From an uncultured Muribaculaceae bacterium (GTDB taxonomy: Bacteria > Bacteroidota > Bacteroidia > Bacteroidales > Muribaculaceae): DNA of 64,000 nucleotides. Numbering within the stretch: position 1 is the stretch's first letter; each line of letters opens with the position of its first letter. The stretch is taken from assembly GCA_910579995.1 (NCBI GenBank), contig CAJTWH010000007.1, positions 11,050-75,049 on the forward strand, given 5' to 3'. Positions 52,129 to 62,057 of this stretch are shown here, piece after piece. The position numbers and the translations under genes are program-made. The notes below the pieces were generated by a model. That model made no database searches. It was not told the origin of the DNA and saw only the letters and a list, made by a program, of their open reading frames with translations.

Positions 52129-53157
52129 ATGCAGCTGACAGCCGAAATAATAGCCAATCATTTAGGCGGGGAGCTCGAAGGTCGCGGCGACGTGCTTGTA
52201 AGCAACTTTGCCAAAATCGAAGAGGCCACCCCGGGTACAATCTCATTTTTAGCCAACCCGAAGTATACTAATCATATATATACTACCGGAGCCTCGGTGG
52301 TGCTCGTGCGTCGCGATTTTGTTGCTGAGGCACCCGTCAACGCTACCCTTATCCGCGTTGACGATCCCTACGTGGCTCTTTCTGGGCTTCTTGGCCTTGC
52401 GGCGAAGTTCATACAGCCAAATCCCGCCGGCGTAGAGCAGCCTTGCCATATAGCCGACGGTGTCGTTATCCCTGATGATTGCTACATCGGAGCCTTCGCT
52501 TATATCGGCAAAGGGGCTGTTATCGGCAAAGGCGTAAAGATTTATCCGCAGGCTTATATCGGCGACGGCGTGGTTATCGGCGATGATACCATCATCTACC
52601 CCGGAGCCAAGATATATTACAACTGCAAGATAGGCAATCGCTGCATAATCCATGCCGGAGCTGTCATCGGTTCCGACGGATTCGGATTCGCCCCTGACGC
52701 TGCCGGTGTATATCACAAAATCGAGCAGATAGGAATTGTTGTTGTGGAAGATGATGTAGAGATCGGTGCGAATACCACCATCGACCGCTCCACAATGGGC
52801 TCTACCCATATCCACCATGGCGTCAAGCTTGACAACCTCATTCAGGTTGCGCATAACGTAGAAATCGGCCACGACACCGTCATGGCCTCACAGGTAGGTA
52901 TCGCGGGCTCTACAAAAATCGGAGCCAACTGCCAGTTTGGCGGTCAGGTTGGCATTGCCGGTCATATATCGGTCGGCGACCGCACGGGTATTGGCGCACA
53001 GTCAGGTATCCCCAACAATGTCCCTGCCGACAGCCGCATTATGGGCTCGCCTGCCGTTCCCGCACGAGAATATGCGCGCATAGCCGCAAGCATGCGTCGC
53101 CTGCCCGAGCTGCTCAAACGCGTCGATTCTATCGAAAAACTTCTTCAGCAAAAATAA
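52129..53157 (+). CDS. lpxD: UDP-3-O-acylglucosamine N-acyltransferase
   Basis: ISFLANPKY, hexapeptide repeats, [19 protein letters not shown]. Confidence 0.95.
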   Translation: MQLTAEIIANHLGGELEGRGDVLVSNFAKIEEATPGTISFLANPKYTNHIYTTGASVVLVRRDFVAEAPVNATLIRVDDPYVALSGLLGLAAKFIQPNPAGVEQPCHIADGVVIPDDCYIGAFAYIGKGAVIGKGVKIYPQAYIGDGVVIGDDTIIYPGAKIYYNCKIGNRCIIHAGAVIGSDGFGFAPDAAGVYHKIEQIGIVVVEDDVEIGANTTIDRSTMGSTHIHHGVKLDNLIQVAHNVEIGHDTVMASQVGIAGSTKIGANCQFGGQVGIAGHISVGDRTGIGAQSGIPNNVPADSRIMGSPAVPAREYARIAASMRRLPELLKRVDSIEKLLQQK

Positions 53158-53170
53158 AAAACAACATATA

Positions 53171-54553
53171 ATGAAGCAAACAACACTCCAAGGAGAGTTT
53201 ACCCTCGAGGGCAAAGGCCTTCACACAGGAGCCCGGTTGGTGGCTACTTTCTGCCCGGCTCCCGATAATCACGGATACAAAATCCAGCGTATCGACCTTG
53301 ACGGTCAACCCATAATTGATGCCGTTGCAGAAAATGTTGTCGCCACACACCGTGGCACCGTCATCGGCAAAGGCGAGGCTACAGTAAGCACCATCGAGCA
53401 TGCAATGGCGGCTCTCTATGCCTGCGGTATCGACAACTGTCTCATCAAAGTCGACGGCCCTGAGATTCCTATCCTCGACGGTAGTGCAAAGCCTTTCTTC
53501 GACGCCATTCAGCAGGTTGGTATCAAAGAGCAGATTGCTGATAAAGACTTCTATTATGTGAAGCATAAAGTCGAGGTTGTCGACGCAGAGACCGGTTCCA
53601 AGCTCATGCTCCTTCCCGACGAAGAATTCAGCGCCGATGTCAAAATCAATTTCGACAGCGCTGTGCTTGCCAACCAGTATGCCACACTTGACCATATCGC
53701 CGACTTCGGCGCCGACATCGCTTGGGCACGTACATTCGTTTTTGTCCGCGAGATAGAGCCTCTCCTGCAGGCAGGACTCATCAAAGGCGGTGACCTTGAC
53801 AACGCTATCGTTATCTACGAGAATCCCAAGACACAGGAAGAACTTGACCACCTCGCCGACATCATCGGCGCACCTCATCACGACGCCAACGACTTCGGCT
53901 TCCTCAACACCATACCTCTCCATGCCGCCAACGAGCCCGCACGCCATAAGCTCATGGATCTCATCGGCGACATCGCCCTTATCGGACGTCCTCTCAAAGG
54001 CCGCATTATCGCCACGAAACCCGGCCATACAATCAATACCCAGCTCGCCAAGACCCTCCGTCAGGATATCAAGCGACAGGATGTGCAGGCTCCCTACTAC
54101 AACCCCAACCTCGAGCCTCTGATGGATAACAACGCCATCCGTCATCACCTTCCGCACCGCTATCCCATGCTCTTGGTAGACAAAGTGATCGACAAGACCG
54201 ACAATTACATCGTGGGCGTGAAGAATGTCACCACCAATGAGCCTTTCTTTACCGGCCACTTCCCGCAGGAACCCGTCATGCCCGGCGTGCTCCTCGTCGA
54301 GGCCATGGCTCAGACCGGCGGTCTACTCGTCCTCAGTACAGTCGACGAGCCCGAACGTTACTCTACATACTTCATGAAGATTGACAATGTGAAGTTCCGT
54401 CAGAAAGTCGTTCCCGGTGATACACTCATATTCCACGTGTCGTTCCTCACCCCCATGCGTCGTGGCATGGCTGTGATGAAAGGCCGTGCCTTTGTAGGCG
54501 AGAAAGTGGTATTCGAGTGCGAATTTATGGCTCAGATTGTAAAAAACAAGTAA
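53171..54553 (+). CDS. lpxC: Bifunctional LpxC/FabZ
   Basis: [36 protein letters not shown]-terminal [28 protein letters not shown]. Confidence 0.95.
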   Translation: MKQTTLQGEFTLEGKGLHTGARLVATFCPAPDNHGYKIQRIDLDGQPIIDAVAENVVATHRGTVIGKGEATVSTIEHAMAALYACGIDNCLIKVDGPEIPILDGSAKPFFDAIQQVGIKEQIADKDFYYVKHKVEVVDAETGSKLMLLPDEEFSADVKINFDSAVLANQYATLDHIADFGADIAWARTFVFVREIEPLLQAGLIKGGDLDNAIVIYENPKTQEELDHLADIIGAPHHDANDFGFLNTIPLHAANEPARHKLMDLIGDIALIGRPLKGRIIATKPGHTINTQLAKTLRQDIKRQDVQAPYYNPNLEPLMDNNAIRHHLPHRYPMLLVDKVIDKTDNYIVGVKNVTTNEPFFTGHFPQEPVMPGVLLVEAMAQTGGLLVLSTVDEPERYSTYFMKIDNVKFRQKVVPGDTLIFHVSFLTPMRRGMAVMKGRAFVGEKVVFECEFMAQIVKNK

Positions 54554-54562
54554 TTCATACTC

Positions 54563-55348
54563 ATGCATCAACCATTAGCAAGTATCAATCCCGAAGCTAA
54601 GATTGCCGACGATGTCGTGATCGGGCCCTTCACTACAATCGACCGCAATGTCGAGATCGGTCCCGGTACACGTATCGGCAGCAATGTCACCATTCTCGAG
54701 GGTGCGCGTATCGGTTCGGGCGTGACGATTTTCCCCGGAGCCGTGATCAGCGCCATACCGCAGGATCTCAAATTCCGCGGCGAGGAGACGACAGCTGTAA
54801 TCGGCGACAATACCGTGCTGCGCGAATGTGTCACCGTCAACCGTGGCACAGCAGCCAAAGGCCGTACGGTAGTCGGTTCGAACTGTCTCATAATGGCTTA
54901 CAGCCATGTCGCACATGACTGTATCGTAGGTAACAACGTAATCATCAGCAACGCCACACAGCTTGCCGGTGAAGTCGTTGTGGACGACTGCGCAATCATA
55001 GGCGGCGGTAGCCTCGTACATCAGTTCTGCCATATCGGCTCTTATATTATGATGCAGGGCGGGGCACTCGTCAACAAAGACATCCCGCCATTCATCAAGG
55101 CTGCCCGTGAGCCCATCAGCTACACCGGTGTCAACACCGTAGGCCTGCGTCGCCGTGGCTTCTCGTCAGAGAAAATCGAGCTTATCCAAGAGGTATACCG
55201 TATTCTCTACAACAGCGGCCACACTATCACCGACGCTGTGGCAGTAGTGGAGAGAGAAGTGCCCCAATGCCCTGAGCGCGATCTCATCCTTGATTTCGTG
55301 CGCAACTCTACCCGCGGTATCCTCCGCTGCTACCCCGGCGTAGTATAA
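54563..55348 (+). CDS. lpxA: UDP-N-acetylglucosamine acyltransferase
   Basis: PQDLKF.GE, TVNRGT, MAYSHVAHDC, VHQF, N.VGLRRRGF. Confidence 0.95.
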   Translation: MHQPLASINPEAKIADDVVIGPFTTIDRNVEIGPGTRIGSNVTILEGARIGSGVTIFPGAVISAIPQDLKFRGEETTAVIGDNTVLRECVTVNRGTAAKGRTVVGSNCLIMAYSHVAHDCIVGNNVIISNATQLAGEVVVDDCAIIGGGSLVHQFCHIGSYIMMQGGALVNKDIPPFIKAAREPISYTGVNTVGLRRRGFSSEKIELIQEVYRILYNSGHTITDAVAVVEREVPQCPERDLILDFVRNSTRGILRCYPGVV

Positions 55349-55400
55349 TATAGAATAAATTAACTGAAGTTTCGGTAACGAAACTTTAAACAAACATATA

Positions 55401-55774
55401 AGCATGGCCGGAGGGTCCGTCGCTCGTCTTTTCGTAAGGGGCGAGAGGAAAGTCCGGGCAACATAGAGCACCATACTTACTAACGGTAAGCTATCGGTAA
55501 CGGTAGATCAGTGTGACAGAAAATTACCGCCTCCCCACGGGAGGTAAGGGTGAAAAGGCGAGGTAAGAGCTCACCGGGCGCCACGGCGACATGGCGTGCC
55601 GCACACATTATGGGTTGCAAGGTCAAGTATACCGGCATCTAAGGGCTGCTCGTCCATTGCCGGGGGGTAGACTGCTTACGGCAGCAATGCCAGATAAATG
55701 ACGGACGACGTGTTGTGGCTCCGACCTCGGATAGCGCACGCGCCACATAACCCGGCTTATACTCCGGCCATGCT
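55401..55774 (+). ncRNA. rnpB: RNase P RNA (type A)
   Basis: P1 AGCATGGCCGGAG/CTCCGGCCATGCT; GAGGAAAGTCCGGGC; GGTAAGGGTGAAAAGG; AACCCGGCTTAT. Confidence 0.95.
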
Positions 55775-55787
55775 TTCTTTTAATATC

Positions 55788-56228
55788 ATGAACGACTGGT
55801 TTACAACTCCCGCCGACGATGGCAACGGACATACCATCATAGTTACCGGACGCCTCGATGTAGATAAATTCCGTTCGCGCGAGCGGAACAATATCCGTGT
55901 CGAAGTCACCATGCCTTATACTCCTGCCGGGCCGCTCGGCTTCCCCGATGAAGCTACTTCAGAACTTCTCGACCGTGCCACCGAGGCAATGCAGGCAGAA
56001 CTCAAAGGTAAGACAACCGCGATAATGACAGGAATCTACACCGGAGCCGGAGAGCGCAACTGGGTATTCTATACATTCTCAACCGACGCTTTCGGCGGTT
56101 TCCTCAACCGTGCCCTCGCCGAACTTCCTCTTCTGCCTCTTCAGATTTACGCAGAAAACGACCCGGATTGGGCCGAGTATGATGAAATGTTGGCCGAATG
56201 TGCCCCTGCAGATGGCGCTCTCGATTGA
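55788..56228 (+). CDS. DUF695-like protein
   Basis: WFTTPA..NG..IIVTGR...GIYTGAGERNWVFY...DPDWAEYDEM; start revised to exclude rnpB. Confidence 0.75.
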   Translation: MNDWFTTPADDGNGHTIIVTGRLDVDKFRSRERNNIRVEVTMPYTPAGPLGFPDEATSELLDRATEAMQAELKGKTTAIMTGIYTGAGERNWVFYTFSTDAFGGFLNRALAELPLLPLQIYAENDPDWAEYDEMLAECAPADGALD

Positions 56229-56368
56229 TTTTTTACGCTACATCTGTATGTTTTTGATATTGTTACGCAACCATTAAATCTTCAACTTTGTTATTTTTTT
56301 AGTCGGATTTTCTATATATAAGGTGAATTTTCACTAATTTTGCCGACTGAAACGGAAAAACTAACATA

Positions 56369-58711
56369 ATGAGCACGCCAAAAAATCTTGTTATAGTCGA
56401 GTCTCCAGCAAAAGCCAAGACAATTGAAAAATTTCTTGGTCCCGACTTTCGTGTAATGTCAAGCTACGGTCACATCCGCGATCTTAAAAAGAAAAACTTC
56501 AGTATTGATATCGATAATGGCTTCAGCCCTATTTATGAGATTCCCGAGGATAAGACCCAGCTCGTTGCCGAATTAAAGCGTGCCGCAGCAAAGGCCGACA
56601 CCGTTTGGCTTGCTTCCGATGAAGACCGCGAGGGAGAAGCTATCGCTTGGCATCTCTTCGAAGTGCTTGGCCTTAAACCTGAGAATACACGCCGTATCGT
56701 ATTCCACGAAATAACCAAAAACGCCATACTCCACGCAATCGACAATCCACGTACTATCGATCTCGCCCGTGTCGACGCCCAGCAGGCTCGCCGCGTGCTT
56801 GACCGCATTGTCGGTTTCGAACTCTCGCCGGTGCTTTGGAAGCGCTTGAAACCTACGCTTTCTGCCGGCCGAGTGCAGTCGGTGGCCGTGAGGCTGATTG
56901 TAGAGCGTGAGAATGAAATTCGCGCATTCAAATCAGAACCTTATTACCGTATCACAGCCGTATTCGTACCCGAAGGCGATGAAGCTCATGCCGTAAGGGC
57001 AGAGCTGTCGCAGCGCCTCGAGTCGGAGGCCGACGCCCTCGTGTTTCTCAACGCCTGCAAAGATGCCGCTTTCAAGGTAGGTGATATTGATGTTCACCCC
57101 ATATCGAAGTCTCCGGCTCCTCCGTTTACCACTTCCACTCTCCAGCAGGAGGCTTCGCGCAAGCTCGGTTTCCCCGTTTCGCTCACTATGTCCGTAGCTC
57201 AGAAGCTCTATGAGAACGGTCATATCACCTACATGCGTACCGACTCTGTGAATCTTTCGGCAGAAGCTGTAGCAGCCATGAGCCGCCTGATTGAAGACAA
57301 GCTCGGAAAAGAATATCTTCAGGTGCGCAGCTACCACACCTCATCAAAAGGTGCGCAGGAAGCACACGAGGCTATCCGCCCTACCTACGCAGCCACAGAA
57401 ACTCTTGACGACGCCACGCCGCAGGAGCAGAAACTATATACACTTATCCGCCGCCGTGCCATTGCCTCGCAGATGGCCGACGCCAAGATTCAGAAAACCA
57501 CTGTAGATATCATCGCCGACGGTGTGCGCTATCCGTTTACGGCTACCGACGAGATTGTCGTTTTCGATGGCTTCCTGCGTGTATATGCTGAAAGCTCGGA
57601 TGATGATGAAGCTCAGGAGCAGCCAAACCCGAATGCCGGACTCTCTACAGGTATGAAGATGAATTACCTCACCGTAGAGGCCACCGAGCGCTTCACAATG
57701 CAGCCTCCGCGCTACACCGAGGCTTCTCTGGTAAAGAAAATGGAAGAGCTCGGTATCGGCCGCCCGTCGACCTACGCCCCTACTATTTCAACCATACAGC
57801 AGCGCGGATATGTAGAGCGCGGAGAGAACGAGGGCAAGCCCAGAGACTATAACACCATTACTCTCGCTGCAGGTAAAATTTCTTCAGAGACCCGCTCCAT
57901 GCTTGCCGGCTCAGATAAAGGTCGTCTTGTGCCTACCGATACCGGCATGATTGTCAACGATTTCCTAACGGAATATTTCCCCGATGTGCTCGATTATAAT
58001 TTCACTGCCAATATCGAGGAGAAATTCGATGAGATTGCTCAGGGCAAACTGCCGTGGAATGATGAAATCTCTACTTTCTACGCCTATTTCCACCCCGCTG
58101 TGGATAATGCGATGACAATCAAGCAAGGGCTCAAATTCGGAGAGCGCCTTCTTGGCAATGACCCTGCTACGGGCAAGCCCGTAAGTGTCAAGATCGGCCG
58201 CTTTGGCCCTGTTGTGCAGGTGGGAAGCGCCGACAGCGACGAGAAACCTCAGTTTGCGTCACTCCTGAAAGGTCAGTCAATCAATGATATAACTCTCGAA
58301 GAGGCTCTCAAACTTTTCGAGTTCCCGCGCTCGCTCGGCTCTTTCGAAGACGCCGACGTGCAGGTGGCTATCGGACGCTTCGGCCCATACGTGCGTCATC
58401 AGGGTAAATTTGTGTCTATCCCCAAGGATATCGCTCCGGCAGAGCTGACTCTTGAGCAGGCGATAGACCTGATTGTAGCCAAGCGCGAGGCCGACGATAA
58501 GAAGACTCTCCGTACTTACGATGAAGACCCGGAGATCGTTATGCTCAACGGGCGCTTCGGACCGTATATCAAATATAAGAAAAAGAACTACAAGCTGCCG
58601 CGTGGTCTCAAAAATCCGGAAGCACTGTCATTCGACGATGTGAAAAAGATAATCGCCGAGGCCGACGAGACTCCCGCAAAGCCCAAACGTGCAGCTGCTA
58701 AGAAAAAATAA
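56369..58711 (+). CDS. topA: DNA topoisomerase I
   Basis: LVIVESPAKAKTI, DEDREGE, SAGRVQS, ITYMRTDS, C-terminal GRFGP repeats. Confidence 0.97.
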   Translation: MSTPKNLVIVESPAKAKTIEKFLGPDFRVMSSYGHIRDLKKKNFSIDIDNGFSPIYEIPEDKTQLVAELKRAAAKADTVWLASDEDREGEAIAWHLFEVLGLKPENTRRIVFHEITKNAILHAIDNPRTIDLARVDAQQARRVLDRIVGFELSPVLWKRLKPTLSAGRVQSVAVRLIVERENEIRAFKSEPYYRITAVFVPEGDEAHAVRAELSQRLESEADALVFLNACKDAAFKVGDIDVHPISKSPAPPFTTSTLQQEASRKLGFPVSLTMSVAQKLYENGHITYMRTDSVNLSAEAVAAMSRLIEDKLGKEYLQVRSYHTSSKGAQEAHEAIRPTYAATETLDDATPQEQKLYTLIRRRAIASQMADAKIQKTTVDIIADGVRYPFTATDEIVVFDGFLRVYAESSDDDEAQEQPNPNAGLSTGMKMNYLTVEATERFTMQPPRYTEASLVKKMEELGIGRPSTYAPTISTIQQRGYVERGENEGKPRDYNTITLAAGKISSETRSMLAGSDKGRLVPTDTGMIVNDFLTEYFPDVLDYNFTANIEEKFDEIAQGKLPWNDEISTFYAYFHPAVDNAMTIKQGLKFGERLLGNDPATGKPVSVKIGRFGPVVQVGSADSDEKPQFASLLKGQSINDITLEEALKLFEFPRSLGSFEDADVQVAIGRFGPYVRHQGKFVSIPKDIAPAELTLEQAIDLIVAKREADDKKTLRTYDEDPEIVMLNGRFGPYIKYKKKNYKLPRGLKNPEALSFDDVKKIIAEADETPAKPKRAAAKKK

Positions 58712-58712
58712 T

Positions 58713-59642
58713 ATGGCAAAGAAACCACTCGCTGCCAAACCCGGCACTCAGCCCGGCGTTTTCCGACCCGACAATATCGAGTCATATACTGTATACGAGA
58801 ATCTTCCACACAAGCTTCTCGACTTCCTCTTTGCCGTCATGCCCGACCGTAAGCGTACAACTGTCAAAGATTTCCTTAAGCACCGTCAGGTTATGGTAGG
58901 GCAGAATGTTGTCACTCAGTTTGATTTCGAGCTCAATGCCGGCGACGAGGTAAAGGTCAATACGACCCGCGAGTTCCAGACGTTCTCCAATCCGCGACTC
59001 AAAATCGTATATGAAGACGACGATATCATCGTTGTCAACAAAGGCTACGGCCTGCTTTCGATGGGCACAGATAAAATCAAGGAGGGCACGGCATATTCCA
59101 TTCTCCGCGAGTATCTAAAGCGTAAGGATCCGCGCAACAAGCTCTTCATCATCCACCGCCTCGACCGCGATACATCAGGATTGATGATGTTTGCCAAGAA
59201 CATCAAGGCAAAGGAAACCATGCAGCATAATTGGAACAACATGGTGCTCGAACGCCGCTATGTAGCTGTCGTAGAGGGTAATCTTGAACCCGAAGAAGGA
59301 GAAATCCGCAGTTACCTCGCCGAGAACAGCGCCCATGAGGTGTATTCAACCACGAATCCCCAAGAAGGACAGCTGGCGGTTACATATTACCGCACAATCA
59401 AGACCCGTGCTCCATACTCGATGGTAGAACTTAGCCTCGCTACCGGCCGCAAAAATCAGATTCGTGTCCACATGAAAGACTCCGGTCATCCCATTGTCGG
59501 CGACCGCCGCTACGGAGCTAAATCATCTCCCATCCACCGTCTTTGTCTTCATGCGCAGACTCTGCGGTTCGTGCACCCGGTAACCCGCCGCGACATGAAC
59601 TTCACAAGCCCCCTGCCCGCCGGCTTTTACCGCCTCGCCTGA
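58713..59642 (+). CDS. RluA-family pseudouridine synthase
   Basis: YEDDDIIVVNK, HRLDRDTSG, TGRKNQIRVH, GD.RYG. Confidence 0.92.
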   Translation: MAKKPLAAKPGTQPGVFRPDNIESYTVYENLPHKLLDFLFAVMPDRKRTTVKDFLKHRQVMVGQNVVTQFDFELNAGDEVKVNTTREFQTFSNPRLKIVYEDDDIIVVNKGYGLLSMGTDKIKEGTAYSILREYLKRKDPRNKLFIIHRLDRDTSGLMMFAKNIKAKETMQHNWNNMVLERRYVAVVEGNLEPEEGEIRSYLAENSAHEVYSTTNPQEGQLAVTYYRTIKTRAPYSMVELSLATGRKNQIRVHMKDSGHPIVGDRRYGAKSSPIHRLCLHAQTLRFVHPVTRRDMNFTSPLPAGFYRLA

Positions 59643-59846
59643 AATCAGGCTGTGGCGGATTTGATTGTAGGTACGGGTATGGATTGTGCATAATTAATAG
59701 GCTTACGTGCGCAAATACCCTCAATAATTTGCAGCTTTAACAAAATTTAACCCTCATACCTCGCTAAATTTTATTAATTTTGAGCCGAATTATAGATACC
59801 GTTGCCGATGATTTCTTTCGGTAGCGAAAAGTAAGTGTGTAATATT

Positions 59847-60566
59847 ATGAGAACTAAGATATTAGTCATCGATGACGAAGAATCGGTGTGTGAAATCCTC
59901 AAGTTTAATCTTGAGAAAGAAGGCTATGAGGTAGACTGTGCATATAGCGCCGAGGAAGCCCTTGACATGGATCTTGAAGATTATTCTCTTTTCATGGTGG
60001 ATATCATGATGGGCGGTCTTTCAGGATTTGATTTTGCCAAAAGACTGCGTAATGTCACTGCTACGGAAGAAAAACCTATTCTCTTCTGCTCAGCGCTTTC
60101 TGATGAAGACTATGTAGTGAAAGGACTCAATATAGGAGCCGACGATTATGTGACAAAGCCATTCGTTATCGACGAGGTGCTCGCACGTGTGAGAGCTATC
60201 TTGCGCCGCACAGGCCAGCAACAGCAGCGCTCGGCAGCCGATATCGAGGCCCAGCAGTCGATATATGAGTCTGACGTAACTTTCAAAGGACTCAGAATCG
60301 ACCGTAACGATAAAGAAGTTTATATTGATAACGAACTCGTTACGCTCACCCGCACTGAATTTGATATCCTTCTGTTTTTCCTTACTCACCGCAACCGCAT
60401 ATATTCGCGAGAGGAGCTGATTAAAAATGTCTGGGGCGACGACGTAGTTGTTACGGGACGCACCATCGACACCAATATCACCCGTCTTCGTAAAAAATTA
60501 GGCGATTACGATAAGTATATCGTTACACGCCAAGGTTTCGGTTATGGTTTTAAAGAAAAGAATTAG
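59847..60566 (+). CDS. OmpR-family response regulator (RprY-like)
   Basis: ILVIDDE, DIMM, GADDYVTKPF, RTIDTNITRLRKK, TRQGFGY. Confidence 0.92.
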   Translation: MRTKILVIDDEESVCEILKFNLEKEGYEVDCAYSAEEALDMDLEDYSLFMVDIMMGGLSGFDFAKRLRNVTATEEKPILFCSALSDEDYVVKGLNIGADDYVTKPFVIDEVLARVRAILRRTGQQQQRSAADIEAQQSIYESDVTFKGLRIDRNDKEVYIDNELVTLTRTEFDILLFFLTHRNRIYSREELIKNVWGDDVVVTGRTIDTNITRLRKKLGDYDKYIVTRQGFGYGFKEKN

Positions 60567-62010
60567 TTATCAGTGGCAATTGTTCATACCTTTGGTAGCG
60601 GCCTTATGGATCATTATCGCGGGTATGACATTCTGGCAATTTTACAACGAGCGCGAATACCGTAAGGCTCAGCTCAGCGAGCAATTGTCGCTCGTGTCGT
60701 CGCGCATTGTGCAGGCAAACGAGACGGATATCGACCCCATCCCGTTTATGGACTTCGCTGTAAAATATTATAAGGAAAATCCGCTCTACGACAGAATACG
60801 TATATCTGTCTACAAAGACGGCCGCATGTCGCGTTGCTATGGCGAACCGATAGCTCTTACCGACTCGGAACTCGCTCTTGAGCAGGGCGTGACAAAGACT
60901 CCCGGCTCAGAACCCGAACCGACCGACAGCCCCGACGCAGGCAAAAATTTCTATTACAGCGTAAAGAAGAGTGAGGACGGCCGAGTATCTGTATATACAG
61001 TGCTCCCTTTCGATGACGATATTACCAATGCCTCGCTCCCCTCGATCAGACTTTTCTGGATAATGCTCGCGGTGGCTGTCGCGGCAACCATTCTTGCGTA
61101 TTTCTCGACCCGTTATTTCGGCCGGAATATCACCAACCTCCGCAAGATAGCCGAACGCGCCTCTACCGACCCCAATTTCATGCCCGCCATGGAATTTCCT
61201 CATGATGAGCTCGGAGATATCTCCCGCCAGATCATGAATATGTATAATCAGCGCTCGCAGGCTATGCAGCGTCAGAAAAAGGAGCACGCCGTAGCTCTGC
61301 ATGCCATCGAGGAGAAAGCCCGCTCAAAACGTCAGCTCACCAATAATATCAATCATGAGCTGCGCACGCCTATCGGAGTGATAAAGGGATATATCGACAC
61401 TATACTTGAAAATCCCGATATGGATGAGGCTTCGCGCACACACTTCCTCCGCAAGGCTTCAGAGCATGTCGACCGTCTTGTAAATCTCATTGCCGACGTA
61501 TCGGCCATCACTCGCCTCGAAGAGGGAGGAGAACTGATAACTACCGAAGAACTCGATTTTCACGACATCGCCTATACGTTGGGCAGCGATCTTGAAGAGT
61601 CGGGTATACTTGGCAAGATGGTCTTCAACTATGAGATTCCTCTCGACTGCAAGATTATGGGTAACTACAATCTTCTGTCGGGCATGATTCTCAATCTAGC
61701 CAAGAACGCCGGTGCCTATTCAAAAGGCACTGAGTGTGAGCTTGTCCTTACAGGTGAGGACGCTAAGTTCTATCACTTCGAGTTCCGCGACAATGGTGTA
61801 GGTGTCGGTGAGGAACATATACCTCATCTCTTCGACCGCTTCTACCGTATCGACTCCGGCCGCACCCGCAAAGCCGGCGGTACAGGTCTCGGCCTTCCCA
61901 TCGTGCAGAATACGGTCATTGCGCACGGCGGCACAATCGAGGTGTGCAACCGCCCTACAGGCGGTCTCTGCTTTAAGTTCACCCTTCCGAAGGTGAACCA
62001 TCGTCGTTGA
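60544..62010 (+). CDS. Sensor histidine kinase (RprX-like)
   Basis: Two TMs, HAMP, NINHELRTP, DNGVG, GGTGLGL. Confidence 0.92.
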   Translation: MVLKKRISYQWQLFIPLVAALWIIIAGMTFWQFYNEREYRKAQLSEQLSLVSSRIVQANETDIDPIPFMDFAVKYYKENPLYDRIRISVYKDGRMSRCYGEPIALTDSELALEQGVTKTPGSEPEPTDSPDAGKNFYYSVKKSEDGRVSVYTVLPFDDDITNASLPSIRLFWIMLAVAVAATILAYFSTRYFGRNITNLRKIAERASTDPNFMPAMEFPHDELGDISRQIMNMYNQRSQAMQRQKKEHAVALHAIEEKARSKRQLTNNINHELRTPIGVIKGYIDTILENPDMDEASRTHFLRKASEHVDRLVNLIADVSAITRLEEGGELITTEELDFHDIAYTLGSDLEESGILGKMVFNYEIPLDCKIMGNYNLLSGMILNLAKNAGAYSKGTECELVLTGEDAKFYHFEFRDNGVGVGEEHIPHLFDRFYRIDSGRTRKAGGTGLGLPIVQNTVIAHGGTIEVCNRPTGGLCFKFTLPKVNHRR

Positions 62011-62057
62011 ATCTTCTCCCCGGCAAAGGGGACATACACATAGCTTTTCTGGGTTAA

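Noticed and set aside
55623..55832. ORF 55623..55832 and the 5' extension of 55698..56228
   Set aside because: They overlap the RNase P RNA; the real CDS most likely starts at 55788
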